Shown: positions 56,901 through 64,000 of the stretch, one piece after another
Numbering within the stretch: position 1 is the first letter of the stretch
How the letters are laid out: every line of letters begins with the position of its first letter
NCBI GenBank assembly: GCA_040954595.2
Contig: CM082592.2
Location: forward strand, 4,604,735-4,668,734
Direction of reading: 5' to 3'
Length of the DNA: 64,000 nucleotides
Source of the DNA: Balanoglossus misakiensis
Taxonomy: Eukaryota > Animalia > Hemichordata
Position numbers and translations under genes: made by a program
Notes under the pieces: model-generated
The model's database searches: none
The model's input: only the letters and a program-made list of their open reading frames with translations
Told to the model about the DNA's origin: nothing

Positions 56901-57262
56901 TAAAGTTCAAAAATGGCCACAATTCATTAGATTTAGTTTTTTCCTTTCAGTTCCCCTGGCTGCATATAAATGGTTGGTCTGCTACACCCTCCAGGAAAGC
57001 ATGAAAAAATTAGACCGTGAGCTGGCAAGTGGAAAGGATGCCTTTGCAGCACGTAACGACAGCCAAGCGTACTACTGCCGGTCGTTGGCATTGACGTTTA
57101 TTGAGGCAAGTTGATAAACTGACGTGTCTTCTATTTCTTAGAACAGTAGTGATTGGCTACTGTATGGGTGAAGGCTGTATAAAGACCAGAACAGTATACC
57201 CGGTAGATGTCTGATGCTGGTATATGATGACGATGACGATGATGATGATAATGATGATGACG

Positions 57263-57294
<32 letters not shown>

Positions 57295-58958
57295 GGTGAT
57301 GGTGATGGTGATGATGATGGTGATGGTGATGGTGACGATGATGTAAACAAGTCTTATATAGCATTTATTGCTCACAAAATATTTGATATTCTGCCGTTAT
57401 TCTAATAAGAGTTTCCAAAGCCCATGTGTATCCAATTCTATTCTACTGTTGCATTGGATAGACTAGGATCTTTGAAACAACTGAAATTTCTCTTTTTTAC
57501 ATTTTAAACACAGCACACAGTATTACAGTGGTTTTACGATTATGTCAACAATCCGGCTGTTCCAAGTCAACTGGCAACAGTCCTGAAAAAACTGTGTGCG
57601 CTGTACGGATTATGGAGCATGGAGAAACATATGGCAACCCTATATCAAGGTATCACGTTTGATCACCAACGATGACTTTCTTTATTAAAGGGACTTTAGC
57701 TTTTGGCGATCATATCACTGTTTTATAATTTGTTCGACTTTTTTTCTCGCATTCTGTTATATATTTTCTGATTTAGAATTTCAGTATGACCCAACATGAC
57801 TTTACTTCCATTTTACACATGGCGAAAATCCGCCATTTTGAAATTATGAGGACCCTATGATATTATATTATGGAATTCAAACTTGGAATGTACCCATACG
57901 AAATCATGTAGCTGGGAAGTTAGTGAGAAAAAACACTCTACCAAATAAGTTTCTTGGTATTTGGATGGGTCTAATGATTGGTCCGTTTCTGCGAATGTGA
58001 TTTACTGATGTTTATTTTTCATTCCTCATTTCCTGCAAAATCCAACAGGTGGGTTTATGTCCGGGAGTGAGCCTGGGAGGCTTGTGCGAGGAAGCATTCT
58101 CTCGCTTTCACATCAGTTGAAAGACGATGCCGTTGCTCTGGTGGATGTCTTTGCCCCGCCAGACTTTGTCTTGGATTCTCCCATTGGGCAGGCCGATGGA
58201 CAGGTAGGAATGCTGCCTCTTGGAATGTGTATATATCTTGAATAGGCTTAAAGGGCCACGATCGTCTTATGCCCATGTGCCAAACCAGAGACTCTGGTTG
58301 CAAAAATTGTATACCGTCAATGCCGTAAGGCGGTGTGCTGTCCTAACAACAGACAAGATTGGGACAAAACTAAAGTCTACTTATACGGTGCGAAGGAATG
58401 ATACAGTACCATGATGTCAAAATTCTTATGAATGATTAATCAGTCTTTTGGGTACTCGAAATGAAGATTCCCTCATAAAATCTCCAAATTGATATACAAA
58501 TACTGATGGCCCACAAACATTGTGTTTTACATCAGAAGTAAATAATCTGTGAGGTACATGTATTGATCTGTCAGGAAGCTTTGAGTGTTTCAAAAATAGT
58601 AAGCTTATCCTGCCCCACATGTGATCGATCGTCAGTCAAATTGTAGACTTGCTTGTTATGCAGCTGCATATAAAAATTTGCAATTAGGTTTTCCCGAATC
58701 CTGCCCCACATGTGATCGATCGTCAGTTAAATTGTAGACTTACTTGTTATGCAGCTGCATATAAAAATTTGCAATTAGGTTTTCCCGAATTTTATACATT
58801 TTAAGTCTTATTTTATTTCTATCACCATTTTATCTTCTCAGATTTACAAGAACTTGTACAGTGCCATCATGCGAACCCCCAAGGTTTTGGAGAGACCAGA
58901 TTGGTGGAGAGAGTTCACACAGAAACCAGTCGTTGGTTCCCTGCATGAAAAATTGTAG
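44902..58958 (+). CDS. ACOX3: Peroxisomal acyl-coenzyme A oxidase 3 (pristanoyl-CoA oxidase-like), 15 exons, 755 aa
   Basis: Exons 44902-45219, 45699-45929, 46342-46416, 46689-46778, 47224-47456, 49927-50023, 51069-51251, 51695-51817, 53786-53906, 54596-54718, 56348-56458, 56951-57105 (GC donor), 57514-57649, 58049-58203, 58842-58958 (2268 nt). Motifs: [17 protein letters not shown] (ACOX3-type), [53 protein letters not shown] (catalytic Glu), ERPDWW. Confidence 0.95.
46833..47114. repeat. Tandem duplication, 2 x ~140 bp, in an ACOX3 intron
   Basis: GGGTTAAAAAATGAGTCATTGGGCTG...TGATTTTCGGGCAT at 46833-46972 and 46978-47114. Confidence 0.92.
47927..48051. mobile_element. 125 bp hairpin MITE with 9-bp TSD (Mutator-like)
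   Basis: CAATCTGATTAAAATCAGATG...CATCTGATTTTAATCAGATTG flanked by GGACTAGGT / TGACTAGGT. Confidence 0.8.
48944..49110. mobile_element. MITE family C, truncated
   Basis: TACTGTAAAACAGGTTATTTTCGCG...; homologous to the 41510 copy. Confidence 0.75.
49573..49741. repeat. Inverted repeat, probably part of a DNA-transposon relic
   Basis: AATAAAATATAGGGGTCACCGCGCT...AGCGCGGTGACCCCTATATTTTATT (25-bp perfect arms). Confidence 0.75.
50713..50899. mobile_element. MITE family B
   Basis: CTAAAGGTCACCTATGG...GGTGACTGTATACCTTTAA. Confidence 0.8.
51263..51573. mobile_element. Second piggyBac-like element (~310 bp)
   Basis: TTAAACCCTAACGCTAC...GTAGCAATAGGGTTAA imperfect terminal inverted repeats. Confidence 0.5.
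52183..52395. mobile_element. MITE family C
   Basis: TACTGTAAAACACTTTATTTTCGCGAG...CTCGCGAAAATAAAGTGTTTTACAGTA. Confidence 0.8.
52499..52666. mobile_element. MITE family C, diverged
   Basis: CTGTAAACCGGGAAATTTTC...GAAAATTTCCCGTTTAGCAGTA. Confidence 0.7.
53047..53175. mobile_element. MITE family C, truncated
   Basis: TACTGTAAAACAAGTTATTTTCGCGAGCG... Confidence 0.7.
53308..53690. mobile_element. MITE family C copy interrupted by a family B insertion
   Basis: TACTGTAAAACG...CGACGATTAA[B]TTTTCTCGTTCTC...CGTTTTACAGTA. Confidence 0.75.
53379..53571. mobile_element. MITE family B nested in a family C copy
   Basis: TTAA|AGGTATACGGTCACCT...AGGTGACCGTATACCT|TTAA. Confidence 0.85.
54028..54118. mobile_element. 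MITE family A
   Basis: TCAACCCTTTCAC...GGGGGTGAAAGGTT. Confidence 0.7.
54856..55099 (+). mobile_element. TTAA-flanked MITE family E (Kolobok-like)
   Basis: TTAA|AGGGAAGGGGTCGTCGCGCCGCG...CGCGGCGCGACGACCCCTTCACT|TCAA terminal inverted repeats; second copy at 11562-11750. Confidence 0.75.
55876..55968. mobile_element. MITE family A
   Basis: TTAACCCTTTCACCAC...GGAAAGGTTAA. Confidence 0.75.
56586..56870 (+). mobile_element. Helentron-derived HINE/DINE-1-like element
   Basis: T-run, then the hairpin AGCTCACATG..CATGAGCT, then a (GTCY)n microsatellite. The module repeats at ~56707, and both units end GAACAGAATATCTCAAGAATGA. Confidence 0.6.
57224..57343. repeat. (GAT/GGT)n microsatellite
   Basis: Read directly from the sequence; a shorter (GAT)n tract lies at ~45386-45432. 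Confidence 0.92.
58607..58790. repeat. Tandem duplication, 2 x 91 bp
   Basis: ATCCTGCCCCACATGTGATCGATCG...GGTTTTCCCGA repeated with 2 mismatches. Confidence 0.93.
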
Positions 58959-60401
58959 AAGGAACAGTTGAAACTACCGTTGCCATGGACACGAATCAAG
59001 TATAACGTGGACATAGACTTCTGAACCGTTTTTCTTCCCGGTTCTTACCATTAAACGAGAATTGAAAAGAACTGTTTTTACCTAAGGCAGATTTATACTG
59101 CAAGGTCGTTTTTTGAGATGAAGTGCAATATGTATTTTATGATTGCCTAGAAATTTGTCAAATGCAAAGGTGAATGTTGCAGCAATTTAAAACCTTAGTA
59201 AGCCTGAGACCAAGATATTTTTATCTCAAATATTATCGATTTTATTACAGTAGACATATTTGTGAGGAATTTTATATCAAAAGAACAAAATCTTGCTTGT
59301 TTGGTTGGTTGGTTCAAGTAAGTGAAATATTACAATCACCTTGATTCTACTCAAATTGTGACATTACTATATTTTATTATATTTACATGTTGACCTATGG
59401 AACTCACCGTAAACACATTTTTAGCAAAAGATCAGATATGCTCTTTAAATCCTGCAAGTGGTTACAGAACATTTTGAAAATATTTAATATAATTTGTTGT
59501 GATGGTGATGTCATTGAATAGTAAATGCAAAGTGTCCGTTTCAATGCAAACTTAAGTAAAACATATATATTTTCAAGAGATATATACCAGTAATACATTA
59601 TCTTGGCAGTATTGTCAAGGTATAGTAAAATTATGAGAAATTTTTATTATTAATTGTATCTCACGATAGATGACATTTTTAGTTGGGTGAGTTGATTGTG
59701 AGATGTTTTGTAGTGGTTATGTTGTATGTCAGACTGATGATAGTGTATCTTTGATGGAATTAAAGATGTGTGAACTTATGAAATTTTGAGTGTTTTTGGT
59801 TTAATTGTTGGGGGAAATTCAGTATTTTTTTGTCTAACAAAATGTGATTAAAAGTTATGAAACGGAGCATTCTTGAGTTTGCATTCACAGAACATGAGAT
59901 GATGGACGTAAAGCGGGCTTGATTAATCCTTTCTTTGCTCGAAGTCGGGAATTTTTTTTTTTTGTCACAGCATGTTGCATATTCGTTACGCAAGTGATGA
60001 GGTCAACGTACGCTTATACTTGCGGGTAACGTACGTCATCTGTCCCAGGGCGAAGTCTTACTTCTTTCCCGTGTTTTGTTTCGCCTTGTTTAATATAGAA
60101 TTCGTTTCCATGGAAGACGTCCTGGTGATTGCCTTCATGGCAACTCGTACCGCGCAGCGCCTGCGCGAAAAGGCGATGAGTAATTGGCCGAAGGTGGTTC
60201 GAGATCACACGCGCGCTGACCAACAGGTAATACACACACCCGGCACGCGACGGACATCGTCAGTCGCGGACATGCCAGTTGGCGAGCACTCTGCGCTGCC
60301 GAAAGCGACAACTTCGAGCATCGTGGAGTTCGCAGTCGGCCTTTAGAAAAAAAAGAGGGACACTCTCTTTTAATTTGCTCAGAAACAGACGAAAATACGA
60401 G

Positions 60402-63400
60402 ATGTCAACAACAGAAACGATGTTGCCACCAGCTTCAAGCACAGCAGCAAGCGACTTTGAGCACAAGTCGACACTGACATCAAAGGCAGATGATACAATT
60501 GCAGTGTTGCTGACGTTGACAAGTAAGGCTTCATGATTATTTCTTGCACTCTCATTTGTGTGTTTTGCTGGCACTGTGAATTATGTTATTGACAACAGCA
60601 CATCACGACGAATTACCCACAGCAGCGGGTAAAAAAAGATACGGGTGCCCATCATATTGCAAATTTGGTGTACAGGTACAAGTAATTTCTTTCTTTTTTC
60701 GACTTTTCATTTCTGGTGCCTTGCCCCTGCACGTATGATTGTGTTTTACATTTCAACGATTCAACCGACATAACTGATCATAGTAATCGCGCTCTTCGAC
60801 TGCACTTTCAATTAGCTCAATTTTGACAGGTTTTGCCGAAGTAGAGACGTTTGTCAATGCCTGTCGTTGTTACGCATCTCCTCGCACGCTCCGATGAACC
60901 ATTAATATTCGGTTTGCGGCTACTGACGACTCTTTTCAAGAATCAAAGAGTCCTTTAACTGTCGTCGAGTTGTCCAATGATCATATAAGTTGGCAAGTGA
61001 TGTGAACATTTAAAGTAAATGTAGATGTAGAACATTTCTCTTGAAATTTCTGTATTCGATAAATATGCACAAATGTTCGAGCACACAATTCCCCAAAACG
61101 CAATTTCTAAGCATGGAATTCAGTGCCAAAATGATTTCTATATGAAAAAATGGTTGAGTTTAATTATTGCATACATATGCCGGTTGCATTGTACGGGTAC
61201 CAAAACGGGCGTTTGCCATAATGTCAACGTTAGGCTAAAATTTCAAGCTCACGCGAAAGAAGTCTGAAATCATCAGATGCTCTCCGACAATGTAGTTTTC
61301 GGTGTTGACTGCGCATGCGAGCTTTACCTTGTATTAAAGCCCTAGTATACTATAGCAGGCCATGGCAAATGTCCAGACTCTCTCACAGCCCCTCTCGCTG
61401 CCTATGCGCATGCAGGCTTGATGGTCTGATTGCAATGAGTGCCCGGCGAGAGGTTCGCTACACAGCACCACACGGTGTTTCTCCGTTGCTGAACTGTTGC
61501 GGGCACATCATAGAGAATACATGTACATGGAGTTGAGAAGGCATCGTTGTATAAAAAAAAACAATTTCCGCACCTAAGTCTATACTAGAACCATTGGATA
61601 ACATTTCGCACGCGTTAACACAAAACGCTTTTGAGAGTGTGACATCGATTTAATTCCGCGTTGTCGATCAGACACTCCAAGCGGCCAAGAATGCGAGGAT
61701 ACACGGTCGTTCTCATTCCCTTCCTCTTTCAAAGGAAATCGACAAAGGCATTTAAGTTGATTGTTTCCCTGGCAACCGTTGGCTAGCAGTTCGAATCATC
61801 CGATCATCCGTGCCTCTTCTGCGCATGTGGATGTACTAGCCTTTTATTTGTCTAATATCCTCGAAAAATATCGCTCTGCGTGAATTGAATTGAATTGAAT
61901 TACATTCTTCCTGTATATTCACGAGTCTCTATAGGTAATCCAGAAATTGAATTTCCTTATTTTACATATGTCTCCCTGCAGTTGTACTTACCGTCTTCGG
62001 CAATGCCGTCGTCCTGTGTTTGACTTGGAAACGGCGAAAGAATCTCAAACCGATGGATTTCATGATCGCCAATCTGGCCATCACCGACCTAGGGGTCGCT
62101 TTTCTCGGATATCCTTTCTCGGCGTCGGCTGCTTATCACCACAAGGTAAGACTGTCTGGGGTTGTGTAGAGTTAGGGTTATGCATGTAGACTCTCACAGC
62201 CCACGGTTCGCTACAATAAGGCTCTTCACTGACGAGCCCTCAACCGTTTGGCAATTAAGGGAGAGGCACCGTTTGGTGTTGTGTAGCGCAATCAGTCCAT
62301 AAGCCTGCATGGACGACGAGAGGGGCTGTGAGAGAGTCTAGGGCTGAATGGCGTCCGAGCCCCCTAACCCTAACACTGGGGGTCACTCAAGCCAACCCAC
62401 CCTAATCCTAACCGGAGGGACTGTGCTGCAGCAAAATACACCATAGCCTTAATCTGAGCGGACCTCGTATTTACCGACATTCGGACATCATCTATCTACA
62501 TACCCAGATACGAATGTTACGATACCCGAAACTGTGACACTCTGTTGTCGTAAAATGATTGAAATATTCAATGATAAAGACGTTTTTAACACGTCCCACC
62601 GCCTTTTACAACAGAAACAATTAGAACTGACCAAAGAAAACTGTCCGAAATGTCAGTTTTCCCGCGGAAATGTCACAGACCGCCGAGAAAACAGGTGCTT
62701 GGCATGGCTAATTAAATGTTCAGGGACCGTACCCGGGACCGTACCAAAGCGTTCGGATAATCCGAAATTCGGATAATTGGTGTTCGGATAATCGGTGTTC
62801 CACTGTAGTATGATGGGTAGGCCATTTGATTTTGTAGAAAAAGTGGGATGGGAACACCTAGACTCTCTCATTGTGTATTTATATTCATTTTTATACGATG
62901 GCTGTATAAAAATCAGGAAAATGACAATTTTCTCAACTTTGAGTAGACCACTACCATAATCCTGTTTTGTCTTTGTAGTGGAACTCCGGACGTGTGGGTT
63001 GTCAGTTCTATGGTTTCGTTGGACTCTACTTCAGCACCATCAGTATTACATCCATGTCATATCTGGCCTTGTTTCGGTACATAAAGGTTTGCCGGGATGA
63101 CGTGGGTAAGTTCATTTTTGTGATCTCAGGGAACAGATATTACAACAACTATTCAATCCGGGTCACCCTGTTTTTGTAACGCTAAGTGAGCCTGATGGGG
63201 TCAACGTACTTTTTGATCTTAGCGAAGGACTACGGTACATTTTACAGCAAATCTACCATAGCATCAAATGTACTTGCGCGTGTATTGTATATGTCCTTAT
63301 CCTAGATACTGATCGACAAAAGTAGTTTAGCTCACAAAATAAGCTAACGGTGTATGAAAAAAAACGATGTTTGTTTCCCTGCCAAAAGGTTCAACTTTAG

Positions 63401-63813
63401 TTTTGATAATAAACTTCTAGATTTTGGCAAAATGCTATTATTGTCAAAAGTGTACTTTTTGTACAACATTATAATAAATTGTAATTTTTTACAAACGTCA
63501 CAAAGCGATGGGTCAAAAAGCCACATCTTGTACGTTGAAATATAATTGAGATATAGCTATATAATAGTAATGAGCTTTAATGCGCGTTTTACACTGTATT
63601 CGTATGCAATAATCCCAGCTAGAAAACTAGTAGTTCCGATTGTGTTTGTTATTGTTTATTATTAATTTCGACGTGTACATTAACACGACGTGCAACTTTC
63701 TACTTCTTTTCCAAAGCGTCTAAACTGACGAAGGAGAAGACACTTCTTGCTATAGTCATGATATGGGTGTACAGCTTGGTGTGGTCAGTCGTACCCCTAC
63801 TTGGATGGAACAG
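60402..63813 (+). CDS. Opsin, tetraopsin group (Go-opsin/neuropsin/peropsin-like) class A GPCR; TM1-TM4 only, 3'-truncated by the window
   Basis: Exons 60402-60522, 61982-62145, 62979-63105, 63717-63813 are phase-compatible. They give FGNAVVL (TM1), LKPMDFMIANLAITDLGVAFLGYPF (TM2), W.SGRVGCQFYGF...LALFRYIKVC (TM3) and IWVYSLVWSVVPLLGWNR (TM4). The retinal-binding Lys lies outside the window. Confidence 0.8.
61374..61513. mobile_element. MITE family F, partial
   Basis: CAGACTCTCTCACAGCCCCTCTCG...GTGCCCGGCGAGAGGTTCGCTACAC shared with the 16143 copy. Confidence 0.75.
62187..62340. mobile_element. MITE family F, inverted relative to the 16143 copy
   Basis: TAGACTCTCACAGCCC...GGGCTGTGAGAGAGTCTA. 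Confidence 0.75.
62455..62808. mobile_element. Degenerate Tigger-like element
   Basis: The right end TTCGGATAATCGGTGTTCCACTG|TA carries repeated TTCGGATAAT; the left end is decayed. Confidence 0.5.
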
Positions 63814-64000
63814 GTAAATTCTCGCATCCAAATATGTGTATAGTCAACATTGTTAATGTGCAAGAATTGAATTCAAGTCCGGACTAGAATTCATTTGCAC
63901 ACACACAGGCTATAATGACAAGTGGAGTACTGGGTATATTAGTATGGTTTTTGAGTAGAGCAAGAAATTCCATTCAATACACAGAACAAAAAACTGGAAA

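Noticed and set aside
59972-60346. 124-aa ORF upstream of the opsin
   Set aside because: No recognisable domain; CpG-rich promoter/5'UTR-like sequence.
62171-62412. TTAGGG/CCCTAA telomere-like hexamers
   Set aside because: Only 1-2 units each, embedded in repeat debris; not an interstitial telomere array.

Overview
Intron-rich animal genomic DNA, probably from a marine invertebrate (species cannot be fixed from the sequence). Four spliced + strand genes were rebuilt by hand from splice sites and reading-frame phase. (1) 1-16123: the 3' part of carboxypeptidase D, with at least four CP domains; the last two look catalytically dead. (2) ~20322-41241: an uncharacterised Pro/Glu-rich protein with a C-terminal EF-hand, apparently three alternative first coding exons, two micro-exons and RFX X-box motifs. 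(3) 44902-58958: peroxisomal acyl-CoA oxidase 3 (755 aa), which has an N-terminal PTS2-like nonapeptide while its C-terminal PTS1 reads EKL instead of SKL. (4) 60402 to the window end: the 5' half of a tetraopsin-type opsin. Introns hold many short non-autonomous DNA transposons (TTAA, TA and 9-bp target duplications, one nested insertion), a Helentron/DINE-like element, tandem duplications and a ~0.9 kb GAT/GGT microsatellite. Most entries in the ORF track are intronic noise.
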